From: an uncultured Thermoleophilia bacterium
GTDB lineage: Bacteria > Actinomycetota > Thermoleophilia > UBA2241
Assembly (NCBI GenBank): GCA_963808735.1
Contig: CAWEHE010000011.1
Coordinates: forward strand, 105,607 to 169,606
Direction of reading: 5' to 3'
Length of the DNA stretch: 64,000 nt
In this document: positions 48,464-59,071 of the stretch, in pieces
Position numbering within the stretch: position 1 is the first letter of the stretch
How the letters are laid out: each line of letters opens with the position of its first letter
Program-made: the position numbers and the translations under genes
The notes under the pieces: model-generated
The model's database searches: none
What the model was told of the DNA's origin: nothing
Seen by the model: only the letters and a program-made list of their open reading frames with translations

Positions 48464-48692
48464 GGCTCCTCCTTCCGGTGATGGCCGGCGGCGCCGGGCG
48501 AGGCCGGCCACTTCTCAATGTAGGCCGCTGAGGCACGAAACACAACGTTGGCCTTGATGCGGTGCCGCGTTGATGCGAGGGTTGCGCCGGTGCGGCTTGG
48601 CGGAGCCCTCGCGTGGCGGAGCCCTCGCGCGGCGCAGACGGCGGAGCGCCTCGCCGCACCGGACCGCGACCCGCGACCGCTGGAGTGACCCG

Positions 48693-49326
48693 ATGGCGAT
48701 CCTGCTCGACTCAGCCTCCCTGGACGATGCGGCGGCGGCCGCGAAGCTCGGCTTCGTCCGCGGCATCACCACCAACCCCGCCCTGATGGCGCGCGAGACG
48801 AAGGAGCCGCTCGCCCACCTCGCGCGCCTGCTCGAGGCGTTTGCCGAGGGACCCATCTGCTACCAGCCCACGCGCAGCACCTACGAGGAGATGAACGAGC
48901 AGGCGCGGGCCGCCGCGACGCTGGCTCCCGAGCGCGTCGTCGCCAAGCTGCCGGCGACCCTCGAGGCGATCACGCTGGCGACGGAGCTGAAGAAGGACGG
49001 CATCCACAGCGCCCTCACCGCGGTCTACTCGCCCGGCGCAGGCGCTGCTCGCGCACGAGGCCGGCTGCGTGTGGATCATCCCGTACGTGGACCGCGCGGC
49101 GCGGCACTCCGCCGGCGCGGTCGTGCTGGATCAGGCGGCGGTCCTGGAGCAGCTGGACAGCAGCACGCGGATCCTCGCCGCCAGCCTCAAGTCGGCGGCG
49201 CAGGTCGTGGAGGCGCTCCTCGACGGCGCGCACGACATCACGGCGCCGCTCGACGTGCTGCGCGCCCTGCCGGCGCACCCGCTCACGGAGTCGGCGGTGC
49301 GCGAGTTCGCCGCGCACTGGGAGTAG
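48693..49326 (+). CDS. Fructose-6-phosphate aldolase-type member of the transaldolase family, frameshift near 49032
   Basis: ILLDSA, GITTNP, ICYQ, VAKLP, LTAVYS, IIPYVDR, ILAASLK. Confidence 0.85.
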
Positions 49327-49412
49327 GCGCAGCGGCGCAGGCCCGTCAGGCCGCGCCCCGCGCGCCCTCCCCGGGAGGCGCGGGGCGCGGCCTGATGCTA
49401 CGGTGGACGGCC

Positions 49413-50690
49413 ATGGACGCCGCGCGGACAATCAGGGCCAGGCTGCTCGTCGCGCTGACGTGCCTGGCCCTCACGCTCCTGCTCCTGGCGCCGGCGGCGG
49501 CCACCGCCGGCCTCAAGGACAGGATCGCCGCCGCCCTGGCGGCTCAAGGCATGGCCGGCCCGGGGACGTCGGTCGCGGTCTTCGACCTCACGGCGAAGCG
49601 CTCCGTCTACCAGCTGCGGCCGGACGTGCTGCGCCTGCCGGCCTCCAACCAGAAGCTCGTCACCTCGTCGGCGGCGCTCGCCGCCTGGACCTCGACCTAC
49701 CGCTTCAGCACCCAGCTCTTCATCGCCGCCCCCGGACCGGACGAGGACGGCGTCGTGCACGGCGACGTCTATCTCCGCGGGCTGGGCGACCCGACGCTCT
49801 CGACGGCATCCTTCCAGTCACGGTACTTCGGCATGAAGACCTCCGACGTGCACGACTTCGTCGCCCGGCTCACCACGCTGGGCGTGACCGGCATCACCGG
49901 CCGCGTGGTCGCCGACGACGGCTACTTCGACCGCGCGCGCACCGTCGCCAACTGGCGGCCGAGCATGATCGCGTTCTGCGGTCCGCTCTCGGCCCTGACG
50001 CTCAACGAAGGCTTCGGATCCGACGGCCGCTACGTGAGCGATCCCTCGCTGTGGGCGGCGAGCAAGCTGACGAAGCAGCTTCGCGCCGCGGGCATCCGCG
50101 TGACGCATACGCCGGCCCGCGGCATCGTGCCCAGCACCGCGACGCTTGCGTACACGGAGCGCTCGGCCGCTCTGAGCCGCATCCTGGCGGCGATGAACAA
50201 GCCGAGCGACAACTACCTCGCCGAGGAACTGCTCAAGGGTCTCGGCGCGGGCTTCGGTGAGGGCGGCACGACTGTCGCCGGCGCCGACGTCGCCAAACGC
50301 TACCTCCAGGGCATCGGCCTCACGGAAGGGTTCCGCATCCGCGACGGGTCCGGCCTCAGCTACGAGGACAAGCTGTCGGCGAGGGCGGTCCTGCGGATCC
50401 TCGGGTCGATGGCCAAGCGCTCTGACTTCCCGGTGTTCTGGCGGTCGCTCGCGGTGGCCGGCGTGGATGGCACGCTGCGGTACCGCATGCGCGGGACGAG
50501 CGCCGCCGGCAACGTGCACGCCAAGACCGGCACGCTGAACGCCGCGAGCAGTCTCTCCGGCTACGTCACCACGGCCAACCGGCACACGTTGAGCTTCTCG
50601 ATCCTCATGAACGGGAGCGCCCTGCCGCTGACGCGGGCGCACGCCGCCCAGGACGCGGTCGCCGTCACCCTCGCGCGCTCGACGCCCTGA
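49413..50690 (+). CDS. dacB: D-alanyl-D-alanine carboxypeptidase/endopeptidase (PBP4, peptidase S13)
   Basis: PASNQK (SxxK), [14 protein letters not shown] (SxN), DGSGLS, AKTGTL (KTG). Confidence 0.93.
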   Translation: MDAARTIRARLLVALTCLALTLLLLAPAAATAGLKDRIAAALAAQGMAGPGTSVAVFDLTAKRSVYQLRPDVLRLPASNQKLVTSSAALAAWTSTYRFSTQLFIAAPGPDEDGVVHGDVYLRGLGDPTLSTASFQSRYFGMKTSDVHDFVARLTTLGVTGITGRVVADDGYFDRARTVANWRPSMIAFCGPLSALTLNEGFGSDGRYVSDPSLWAASKLTKQLRAAGIRVTHTPARGIVPSTATLAYTERSAALSRILAAMNKPSDNYLAEELLKGLGAGFGEGGTTVAGADVAKRYLQGIGLTEGFRIRDGSGLSYEDKLSARAVLRILGSMAKRSDFPVFWRSLAVAGVDGTLRYRMRGTSAAGNVHAKTGTLNAASSLSGYVTTANRHTLSFSILMNGSALPLTRAHAAQDAVAVTLARSTP

Positions 50691-50791
50691 CCCGCGCGCG
50701 GCCCGCGCGGCCGCGCACAGGACGCCCTGGGTCCGTCCTCGGGGCGGACGGGAATACGCAAGGCATCACACTGCCGTCAGGAGGAGCCCCG

Positions 50792-51541
50792 ATGCTCACC
50801 CACAGTCACGCGTTCTCCGGGTTCTCGGCGGACGACATCGAGAAGGCCCGGGAGTTCTACGCCGGCACGCTCGGCCTCGAGATCACCGAGGCGAACGGCA
50901 TGCTGACCCTGCACCTCGCCGGCGGCGGCAGGGTCCTCATCTACCCGAAGGACGACCACGAGCCGGCGTCGTTCACGGTGCTGAACTTCCCCGTCGCCGA
51001 CATCGACCGGGCGGCCGACGAGCTCCTGGCGGCCGGCGTCGTCTTCGAGCGCTATGAGGGCATGCCCCACGACGCCAGAGGCATCTTGCGGCCGCCGAGT
51101 CCCGAGTACGGGCCGCCCATCGCCTGGTTCAAGGACCCTGCCGGCAACGTCCTCTCGGTGCTGCAGGCGGATGAGGGGGCGGCGGCGGACGGCGATGCGG
51201 CAGAGGCCGAGCCGGCCGCGGACTCGGGCGAGGTCAACCTGCAGCTGTCGGTCTACCCGCTGCGGCAGCCGCACCTGCGGCCCGCGATCGAGGCCGCCCT
51301 GACGGCGGCCGGCGAGGAAGGCGTGCAGATCACCGTCGGCCGCCTCAGCACCTTCGTCAGCGGCGACGAGCCGGCCGTGTTCGCCGCCCTCCGGGCGGCA
51401 TTCGGGGCGGCCGGCTCCTCCGGCCCGACGGTCATGGTCGCGACCCTGTCGTCGGGCGTGCCGAGCGACGAGACCGTCGCGGGGATCCAGGAGGCCGCCG
51501 TCGGCGAGGAGGCGGGAAAAGGCCGAGGCGCCGCCGGCTGA
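50792..51541 (+). CDS. VOC/glyoxalase domain fused to a YkoF-like thiamine-binding domain
   Basis: [16 protein letters not shown]...[12 protein letters not shown], acidic linker, then [10 protein letters not shown]...[11 protein letters not shown]. Confidence 0.75.
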   Translation: MLTHSHAFSGFSADDIEKAREFYAGTLGLEITEANGMLTLHLAGGGRVLIYPKDDHEPASFTVLNFPVADIDRAADELLAAGVVFERYEGMPHDARGILRPPSPEYGPPIAWFKDPAGNVLSVLQADEGAAADGDAAEAEPAADSGEVNLQLSVYPLRQPHLRPAIEAALTAAGEEGVQITVGRLSTFVSGDEPAVFAALRAAFGAAGSSGPTVMVATLSSGVPSDETVAGIQEAAVGEEAGKGRGAAG

Positions 51542-51551
51542 CGCCGGCTCG

Positions 51552-52370
51552 TCACACGTAGCGCTCCACCAGTCCCTTGATGAACGGGTTGAGCACGTCG
51601 TGCGTGTGGCCGTAGATCGAGCAGTGGCCCATGCCCTCGAACAGGTGGAACTCGGCGGTCGGGCAGAGAGCCGCGACCTCCTCCCCGTCCTGCGGGACTG
51701 CCTGCACGTCCTGGTCGAAGGCGATGACGTGCAGGGGCACCCGGCAGTCGGGCAACCGTGAGGTCTGGTCGAAGCGCACGCAGGGCTCCCACTGCGCGAT
51801 CAGCGAGTCCTCGTTGGTGTCGGTCTCGTAGTACTCGAGCAGCTCGTCGCGGAGCCTTGGCCACAGCTCCCGGTCGCCCAGCACCCGCGCCGGGTAGTAC
51901 ATCGCCGCGTAGTGCGTCACCGCCATCATGCCGTCGAGGCGCCCGCCAGCCCTGCGCCACTCGATCTCAGCCATCTGGTAGTCCCACGTCCAGCCCACGC
52001 TGCGCGCGCCCGTTCCCATGGCGATGGCGCAGCGGAGCAGCTCCGGGAAGTCGAGGGCGACCTGCTGCACGATACCGGCGCCGAACGACAGGCCGACAAG
52101 CGCCACCGGCGGGTCGCACGCAGCCTCGATGAGCTCGGCGGTGTCGAGGGCGAAGTCCTCGATCGACCACGGCAGAGGGCGCTCGCACGCGGTCGAGCCG
52201 ACGCCGCGGCTGTCGAAGGTGGTGTTGCGGAAGGCGTCCTTGAAGAACGGCAGCTGGTAGTCGTCCCAAGACGCCGCCGTCCCACCTCCCCCGGCCACCC
52301 AGACGATGTCGGGTCCCTCGCCGGCCTGCTCGTAGTGGACGGTCGCCTGGGATCCCTGGAACAGCGGCAT
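51552..52370 (-). CDS. Alpha/beta hydrolase
   Basis: FDSRGVG, GLSFG nucleophile elbow, C-terminal GMGH. Confidence 0.88.
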   Translation of the reverse strand: MPLFQGSQATVHYEQAGEGPDIVWVAGGGGTAASWDDYQLPFFKDAFRNTTFDSRGVGSTACERPLPWSIEDFALDTAELIEAACDPPVALVGLSFGAGIVQQVALDFPELLRCAIAMGTGARSVGWTWDYQMAEIEWRRAGGRLDGMMAVTHYAAMYYPARVLGDRELWPRLRDELLEYYETDTNEDSLIAQWEPCVRFDQTSRLPDCRVPLHVIAFDQDVQAVPQDGEEVAALCPTAEFHLFEGMGHCSIYGHTHDVLNPFIKGLVERYV

Positions 52371-52569
52371 ACACAACCTCCGTCAGTCCGGTGCTCGTCT
52401 GCCCAGTATCGACCGAGGACTCGGCCGGGGGAAGAGACCGATCCGCGGATCAGCATCCGGCGAGGTGCGTCCTTCGGGGCTTCATGCCCAACAGGAAGCG
52501 CGGCTACGTGGCCCTCCGCCCTTCACTCCGGGCCCGCGTCACACTGTGTCGCCTCGCGAACGGCTCATC

Positions 52570-52749
52570 TCAGCCCCCGGCCAGGATGCCGGCCGTCCAG
52601 ATGAGCAGCGGCAGGATGACCAGCACGAAGACGACGGCGATCGTGATGACCAGGAAGCAGCGCGCGCCGAGGGTGATGCCCCGGTACTCCCCCTGCTCGG
52701 TACCGGCGCCCCGCGGCGACGGATGCAGATCGGCGTCCCCTGGATGCAT
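52570..52749 (-). CDS. Small single-TM membrane protein (59 aa)
   Basis: GGGGAGAGG RBS; hydrophobic C-terminal segment. Confidence 0.45.
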   Translation of the reverse strand: MHPGDADLHPSPRGAGTEQGEYRGITLGARCFLVITIAVVFVLVILPLLIWTAGILAGG

Positions 52750-52926
52750 GGCCTCTCCCCCGCGCCGGCTCCAGCTTCGTCGGCCGGCGCCTGCCCCCAT
52801 GGTGCCACATCCGGGCCGGCGACTCCACGGTGGATCTCCGCCCTGCGGCGGGCAGAGAACGGGCGGGGGCGCCGGAGGCGCCCCCGCCCTGATCAGCTCA
52901 GAGCCTCGCAGCTCGCACAGCCTGCG

Positions 52927-54087
52927 TCAGTGACAGGCCGATGGCGTGTAGCCGTCGCTCAGCGTCTTCATGAAGGTGACGATGGCCTTCTCCTGTACGG
53001 GGGTCAGGCGGAGGTTGCCCATCTCGGTCACGTTGACGGTCTCCGCGACCTCGGGCGCCGGCCAGTTCGCCACATCGCGTGTGTTGTAGAAGTGGACGAT
53101 GGACCGAAGGCTCTTGAAGTAGCCGTTGTGCCCGTAGGCCTTGACGAAGTCGGGCGACGGCCGAAGGTCGACGTTGCGCAGCGTCGGCACCTTGTGCTTG
53201 CCGACCTCGGCCGTCCAGACGGCGGGCGGCTCGCCACTTGCCTCCAGGAAGCCGCCAAGACCGGGGTCGACCCAGTCAAGACCGGCGGGGTTCCAGGTGT
53301 AGACGGGGTTCTCCAGGTTCTTGGGGATGCCCAGGTTGTCGTAGGTGAAGTCGGTGAAGAGCGGCGGCACGTGGCAGTTGCCGCACTTGCCCTTGTTCAT
53401 GAAGAGCCGGAAGCCCTGCATCTCCGGAGCGGTCAGCCTGGCCTTGCCCGCCACCCACGCATCGTACTTGGAGGTGAAGGGATTCACCTCGCTGGAACGC
53501 TCGTAGTCGGCGATGGAGCGGCCAACGACGTCATATGCGGCGCTGGTGTTCTCCGGCAGCCAGATGGCCGAGCCCATGTCGGCCACCTCCTCGAACAGCT
53601 GCGCGTAGGAGGATACGTGCACCTTCGCGATCACGGTCGCCGCATCTGGCACGGCCTGTTCGCGAGGGTTCAGGAACGGCCCTTGCGCCTGCTCGGCGAG
53701 GGGATCGCCCAGCGTCCAGCCGGTCGCGCGGCCGTCCCAGAACATGCCGCCGATCCATAGGCCGGCGACGGCGTCGAAGTACAAGCTCGGGCTCTCGCCA
53801 CCGTAGGCGGCAGTCGGCGGCTTGCGATCGCCGAACATCCCGGCGACCGAGCCCTCGTAGACCGCGCCGTGGGCGTTGACCGCCGCGGTCGGTCCGGTGT
53901 AGCCGACTTCCGGCGCGTGGCAGGTCGCGCAGGATTGGTTGCTGTTGGCCGACAGGTTCTGATCGAAGAACAGCGCCTTGCCGAGCTCCTCTTCGGTCGT
54001 GAGGCCGGCTGCCAGCACCGGTGCCGCAACGCAGAGAAGCGTCACCAGCGCCACGATCCCGACCACCGTGGCTTTGCCGAGTCTCAT
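52927..54087 (-). CDS. Dihaem cytochrome c peroxidase/MauG-family protein
   Basis: Signal peptide, LGKALFFD..LS..QSCATCH, MFWDGRA, EQAQGP, CGNCH, KVPTLRNV, YGHNG. Confidence 0.9.
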   Translation of the reverse strand: MRLGKATVVGIVALVTLLCVAAPVLAAGLTTEEELGKALFFDQNLSANSNQSCATCHAPEVGYTGPTAAVNAHGAVYEGSVAGMFGDRKPPTAAYGGESPSLYFDAVAGLWIGGMFWDGRATGWTLGDPLAEQAQGPFLNPREQAVPDAATVIAKVHVSSYAQLFEEVADMGSAIWLPENTSAAYDVVGRSIADYERSSEVNPFTSKYDAWVAGKARLTAPEMQGFRLFMNKGKCGNCHVPPLFTDFTYDNLGIPKNLENPVYTWNPAGLDWVDPGLGGFLEASGEPPAVWTAEVGKHKVPTLRNVDLRPSPDFVKAYGHNGYFKSLRSIVHFYNTRDVANWPAPEVAETVNVTEMGNLRLTPVQEKAIVTFMKTLSDGYTPSACH

Positions 54088-54417
54088 CGGTACCCCCTTC
54101 TGCTCCCTTTCGCCGCCCACTGCCCCCGCAATAGCCGGCGCGTACCCGCAGGCGGGCTTCGGCCCGCCTTCACCTCGCGATTGTGCCCGCATCGGAGCCG
54201 AAAACAACAGTCGGCGGCGGCGCAAGAGCGTTGTCGGAGAAGGCAACACGGACATGGGCCGGTCGAGGCGGGAGCACCGGCGCCACGCGCGAGAGTCGCG
54301 CCGCAGGCCGGCCGGCGCGGCGCAGCCTGCGCGAGAAGCGCCATCCGTGGCGCCTACCGTGGCGTCGGATCCTGGCCGCGCGGATACACTGGACCCGAGG
54401 ACGGGAGGAGGGCGGCA

Positions 54418-55699
54418 CTGTCTGAGGGCAGGTTCGATCGGGTGCAGGTCGTGCTCGGCCACCGCGACTTCCGCGTCCTCCTCGCGACCCGCTTCGCCAG
54501 TCAGGTCGCGGAGGGTGCCTTCCTGGCGGGGATCTTCAACGCGGTGGTCTTCCTGCCCGAGTCGCAGGACACCGTGCGGGGATTCGCGGTCGCGACGGCC
54601 CTCACCCTGCTGCCGTTCGCGCTGCTCGAGCCGTTCGCGGGCGTCTTCGTCGACCGCTGGCCCCGTCGCCCCATCCTGGTCGTCCTCCCGCTCGTTCGGG
54701 CCGCAGCCGCGCTGCTCGCGCTGCCCGGGATCGGCGGCGGCGCGGTCTTCGCCGGGGCGCTCATCGTGTTCTCGGGCAACCGGCTCTTCCAGGCCACGAC
54801 GACCGCGGTGATCCCCCGCGTGGTCGGCGCCGCCGAAGAGCGAGCGCAGGGGCCGGGAACAGCGCCCACGGACATACTGCTGTTCACCGCCAACACGATC
54901 GCGTCCGTCGTCGGGACGGTAGCGTTGTTCGGCGGCATCGCCGCTGGCGGTTTCGTCGCGGCCGCGGCCGGCACCTGGGCAGTGATCGCCCTCTCGGGGG
55001 CGCTGTGGGTGGCGACGTCGGTCGTCAGCTCGCGCCTCTCCAGCGCCCTGCCGCCGCAGAAGGCGGCCGGCGAGCTGCGCGGCGAGCTGGCGGCGGTCAT
55101 GGCCGATCTCGTGGACGGCTTCCGGCGCATCGGCCGCACGCCGGCCGCCCTCGCTCCGGTCCTGACGGTGGCCGTCGGCCAGTTCCTGCAGGTCATGGTC
55201 ATCGCCGACCGTGCTCGTGGTCATGAAGGAGAGTCTCGGCGAAGGTCTCGTCTCGTTCTCCGGGCTCGTGGCGGCAGGCGGCGTCGGCGTCTTCCTCGGC
55301 TTCCTGACGGCGGGGGCGCTGCGCACCCTCATGCCGAGCCGGCTGCTCATCGGAGCGGCCTTCCTCCTCGGGTTCCTGGCCCTTCTCCCCGCCGTCGCGG
55401 GGGTCGACGCGATCGTCCTCGCGCTCACCGTCGGCGCGGTGCTGCTCGGCGTCTCGTACGGCTGGACGCGGGTGCCCGCCGACACGCTCGCCCAGCAAGC
55501 GGTGCCCGACCGCTACCGCGGACGCGTGTTCACGGCCATCGACCTGGGCTTCAACACCGCGCGAGTGCTCGGCGCCCTGGCCGCCGCCGCCGTCGTCCCG
55601 CTCCTCGGCCCCCGGGCCACCATCGCCGTGCTGGCGGTGCTGTTCCTCCTCTGGGCGCCGGTGGTCCCCCTCTGGCTCAGGGGCGGCCGCGGACCGTGA
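54418..55699 (+). CDS. MFS transporter, probable CTG start, frameshift near 55208
   Basis: FRVLLATRFASQ, GVFVDRWPRR, QAVPDRYRGRVF; GGAGGAGG RBS before CTG. Confidence 0.8.
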
Positions 55700-55749
55700 C
55701 TGCAGCGCGGCGAGAGCGCTCCGCCGCGTAGTCAGGTCACAGGGCGCGC

Positions 55750-57588
55750 TCAGGTCTCCTCGGCCCGCACGCGCCGATGCCGGACCAGCCAGATGATGAT
55801 GACGAGCGCCGCGACGGCGGCCGCGGCCACCGCAGCGATCCACAGCGTGGAGGCGCCGCTCGAAGCCTGCGAAGCCACCGGCTCGAGGTCGATGTAGGAC
55901 TGCGTGTAGCCGGTGGTCAGGAACGCCGGCCCGGCGCCGTCGAACATGCGCACCCAGCCGGTCCAGTCGGCGTCGTTGTAGGCCTGCAGGTACTGCGGAT
56001 ACGTGAGCACCACCCAGGGCGTCTGCTCGTACATGATCTGCTGCATGCCGTCGATGATGACCTTGCGCTTGCCCGAGTCCATCTCCGATGCCTGCTCGGC
56101 GTTGAGCGCGTCGTACCGCGGGTTCGACCAGCAGGGCTCGTTGGTGTTGCCGATCTGCGCGGTGACGTTGGCGGAGAGCGTCTGGCCGGGGTCGCTGTAG
56201 CCCGCCCAGTCCCAGATGTACATGTCGAAGTCGGGGACGTACGTGTCGCCCTCGAAGTTCCAGATGCGGTCCTGCATCGCACCCGTGTCGAGCACCGAGA
56301 CCTCGATCTTCAGGCCGAGCTTCTTGAGCCAGCCGGCGATGAGCTTGAGGCTCGTCTGCGCCGGCGCCGACTCGGTCGTCGTCCAGAGGCGCAGCTCGAT
56401 CGGCTTGCCGCGGTCCAGGCGGACCCCGTTGGGGCCGAGCTTGTAGCCCGCGTCGTCGAGGAGTTGCCCCGCCTTGGCGAGGTCGAAGCGGTACAGCTGG
56501 TCCGCCGGCGGCTCCCAGTGGTAGTCCGGGTCTGACCACATGCCGGGAGGAAGGATGGTGGTGCCCGGCGCCGACTTCTTCACGTAGGCGATGTCGCAGA
56601 GCGCCTGTCTGTCGACCGCGTAGTTGAGCGCGTGGCGAAAACGCCAGTCCCTGAGCACCGGATTGCCGAGCGACTTGCCCTCGTAGCAGTTCAGGCTGAG
56701 GTAGTCCCAGTTGAAGAAGTTGTAGGCGACCGGCTGGATGCCCTCCACCGAGGAGAGCGAGTCGAACTGCGCCTCGGGGATGCCCCAGGCGGCGTCGATG
56801 GCGCCCGACTTGAGGTCGGCGGTCATGGTGTCGCCGTTGGTGTAGTACTCGAAGAGGAGCTCGTCGAGCGTCGGCGTCGTGCCCCAGTAGTAGGGGTTGC
56901 GCTCCATCTTCACGTGGCTGCCCTTCTTGAACTCGGTCGTGATGAAGGGACCGGTGCCCACGATGGGCGGCTCGTTGACGTAGCTGGTCTGCGCCTCCTT
57001 CGGATCCACGTTCTCCCAGACGTGCTTGGGCAGGATCGGCAGGAAGATGTGCATCATGTCGGCCTTGGGCCTGGTGCAGTTGATCTGCACGACGTCGGGC
57101 GCCAGCGCCTTGGCGTCCTTGATGCCGACCGTGGTGATCGCCATCGTCATCATCTCGTTCTTGACGATGTAGTTGTAGGTGAAGGCGACGTCCTCGGCGG
57201 TGAACGGCTGCCCGTCGGACCACTTGACGCCGGTGCGCAGCTTGATCGTCCACACCTTGCCGTCGGCCGAGATGCCGCCGTTCTCCTCGGTCGGGAACTC
57301 GCGGGCCAGGTCCAGCGTGGGGCTGTTGTCGTTGCCGAAGCCGAAGAGGAAGTCGTAGTTGATCGACCAGATCTCGTAGGTGACGTTCTGCCACCCGATG
57401 AAGGGGTTGAGGTTGTCCGGCTGCGACGTCCACCCGATGCGGAGCGTCAGGGCGTCCGGGCTGGCGGCCGGAGCAGGACTGTCGGCGCGGGCCGTCGCGA
57501 GGCCGGCGGCGAGCGCGACGGCGGCCGCCGCGATGGCGACGGCCAGAGCCGGCAGCAGGAGGCGCCTGGCGCGTGCGGAGAAGCTCAT
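55750..57588 (-). CDS. ABC transporter substrate-binding protein (family 5, peptide/nickel) with a C-terminal TM anchor
   Basis: LNPF, KWSDGQPFTAEDVAFT, VGTGPF, FRHALNYAVDR; ends in a TM followed by RHRR. Confidence 0.92.
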   Translation of the reverse strand: MSFSARARRLLLPALAVAIAAAAVALAAGLATARADSPAPAASPDALTLRIGWTSQPDNLNPFIGWQNVTYEIWSINYDFLFGFGNDNSPTLDLAREFPTEENGGISADGKVWTIKLRTGVKWSDGQPFTAEDVAFTYNYIVKNEMMTMAITTVGIKDAKALAPDVVQINCTRPKADMMHIFLPILPKHVWENVDPKEAQTSYVNEPPIVGTGPFITTEFKKGSHVKMERNPYYWGTTPTLDELLFEYYTNGDTMTADLKSGAIDAAWGIPEAQFDSLSSVEGIQPVAYNFFNWDYLSLNCYEGKSLGNPVLRDWRFRHALNYAVDRQALCDIAYVKKSAPGTTILPPGMWSDPDYHWEPPADQLYRFDLAKAGQLLDDAGYKLGPNGVRLDRGKPIELRLWTTTESAPAQTSLKLIAGWLKKLGLKIEVSVLDTGAMQDRIWNFEGDTYVPDFDMYIWDWAGYSDPGQTLSANVTAQIGNTNEPCWSNPRYDALNAEQASEMDSGKRKVIIDGMQQIMYEQTPWVVLTYPQYLQAYNDADWTGWVRMFDGAGPAFLTTGYTQSYIDLEPVASQASSGASTLWIAAVAAAAVAALVIIIWLVRHRRVRAEET

Positions 57589-58997
57589 TCTGGGCTCCCT
57601 TCGAGGGCGGGGCGGGTGGCGGGATCTGCGAACCAGGGTCGCGCCGCGGCGAAAGCCGCCGCGGCGCGGAACACGCTGACGTCGTCGTAGGTGCGGCCGA
57701 CGATCTGGATGCCGAGCGGCACGCCGTCGCGGGAGCGGCCGCACGGCACCACGAGCACGGGGCAGCGGCTGCACATGTTGAAGATCAGCGTCATGCCGTG
57801 GCGATACATGACCTCGATGTCGTAGTCGGCGACCGTGGCCTTCAGGGCGGGCACGCCGAAGACGGGCGCGACGAGGAGCTCGTGCTCCTCGAGGACGCCC
57901 GCGACCTCGGCGTAGATCGCGCTCTCGATCTCGAGCGACCGGTAGTAGCCCACGGTCGGCCGGGCCGAGTCCTCGGCGAAGGCGATGGCGTAGGTGGTCA
58001 TGAGGTCGCGGTGCTCCGGCAGGGACTGCCCGATGAGGCTGCCGAAGATGGTCGCGAAGTGCGCCCGCGCGGCCTCGCGCACGTCGCCCATGTCAAAGCC
58101 GAGGTCGACCTCCTCGACCTCGGCTCCCAGGGAGCCGAACACGGCGGCGGCCTCGCGGAGGTTGTCGCGGACCTCGCCGTCCACGTCGAAGCCGCCGAGA
58201 TCGGCGCTCACGGCGATCCTCCAGCCCTCGATGCCCGGCGGATCCGGCGGGATCGTGAGCTTGGGGCGCAGCGAGACGATGTCGTCGCGGTGCGGTCCCG
58301 CCATGACGTTCTCCAGCAGGCGGCAGTCCTCGACCGTGCGGGCCATCGGCCCGTCGTGACAGTAGTGGTCGAGATTGAAGGGCGGCTCCTGAGGCACCCG
58401 GCCGTAGGGCGGCTTGAAGCCGACCACGCCGGAGAACGACGCCGGGATGCGGATCGAGCCGCCGATGTCCGAGCCGGTGGCGAGGCTCGCCATCCCGGCG
58501 GCGAGGGCGGCGCCCGAGCCGCCCGACGAGCCGCCGGGGCTGTACTCCAGGTTCCATGGGTTGCGCGTCACGCCCCAGATCCGCGAGTCGGTGATCGCCG
58601 CGCAGCAGAACTCCGGCGTGGCCGAGCGCGCGTGGATGATGCCGCCGGCGTCGACGATCCGCTGGATGCACGCCGCCGTGCGGTCGGCGACCACGTCCTT
58701 GAGGATGAGCGAGCCCTCGGTGCAGGGCTGACCCGCCACTTCGACCTCGTCCTTGACGGCCACCGGCAGGCCCTCGAGCGGGCGCGGCTCCGGGCCTCGG
58801 CCCGCGTAGCGGGCCTCGGCCGCCCGCGCCGCCTCGAGCGCCTCGTCGAAGAACCGGATGGGCAGTGCATTGACCACCGGATCGACGGCCTCGACGCGGT
58901 CGATCGTCGCCTGCAGCAACTCGACAGGTGAGAGCTCGCGGCGGCGGAAGCGCGCAAGCGCCTCGCTGGCCGGCAGGTAGCACAGGTCGTCGGTCAC
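57585..58997 (-). CDS. Amidase (amidase signature family)
   Basis: GLPVAVKD, TRNPWN...PGGSSGGSGAA, GSDIGGSIRIPAS. Confidence 0.93.
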   Translation of the reverse strand: MTDDLCYLPASEALARFRRRELSPVELLQATIDRVEAVDPVVNALPIRFFDEALEAARAAEARYAGRGPEPRPLEGLPVAVKDEVEVAGQPCTEGSLILKDVVADRTAACIQRIVDAGGIIHARSATPEFCCAAITDSRIWGVTRNPWNLEYSPGGSSGGSGAALAAGMASLATGSDIGGSIRIPASFSGVVGFKPPYGRVPQEPPFNLDHYCHDGPMARTVEDCRLLENVMAGPHRDDIVSLRPKLTIPPDPPGIEGWRIAVSADLGGFDVDGEVRDNLREAAAVFGSLGAEVEEVDLGFDMGDVREAARAHFATIFGSLIGQSLPEHRDLMTTYAIAFAEDSARPTVGYYRSLEIESAIYAEVAGVLEEHELLVAPVFGVPALKATVADYDIEVMYRHGMTLIFNMCSRCPVLVVPCGRSRDGVPLGIQIVGRTYDDVSVFRAAAAFAAARPWFADPATRPALEGSPE

Positions 58998-59040
58998 GGG
59001 ATCCCCCCTTCTCCGCGCACGCCGCGGAACGTGTCCGCAC

Positions 59041-59071
59041 ACAGTGGACCTTTCCCCGGGGGGAAGGTCAA
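59041..59071 (-). promoter_or_regulatory. MerR/CueR-type promoter with a 19-bp spacer and dyad operator
   Basis: TTGACC-TTCCCCCCGGGGAAAGGTC-CACTGT; dyad GACCTT-N11-AAGGTC. Confidence 0.65.

Noticed and set aside
48570-50690. Apparent 706-aa transaldolase-DacB fusion in the ORF track
   Set aside because: Produced by the frameshift near 49032. The aldolase ends at 49326 in another frame, and dacB has its own start and signal peptide.
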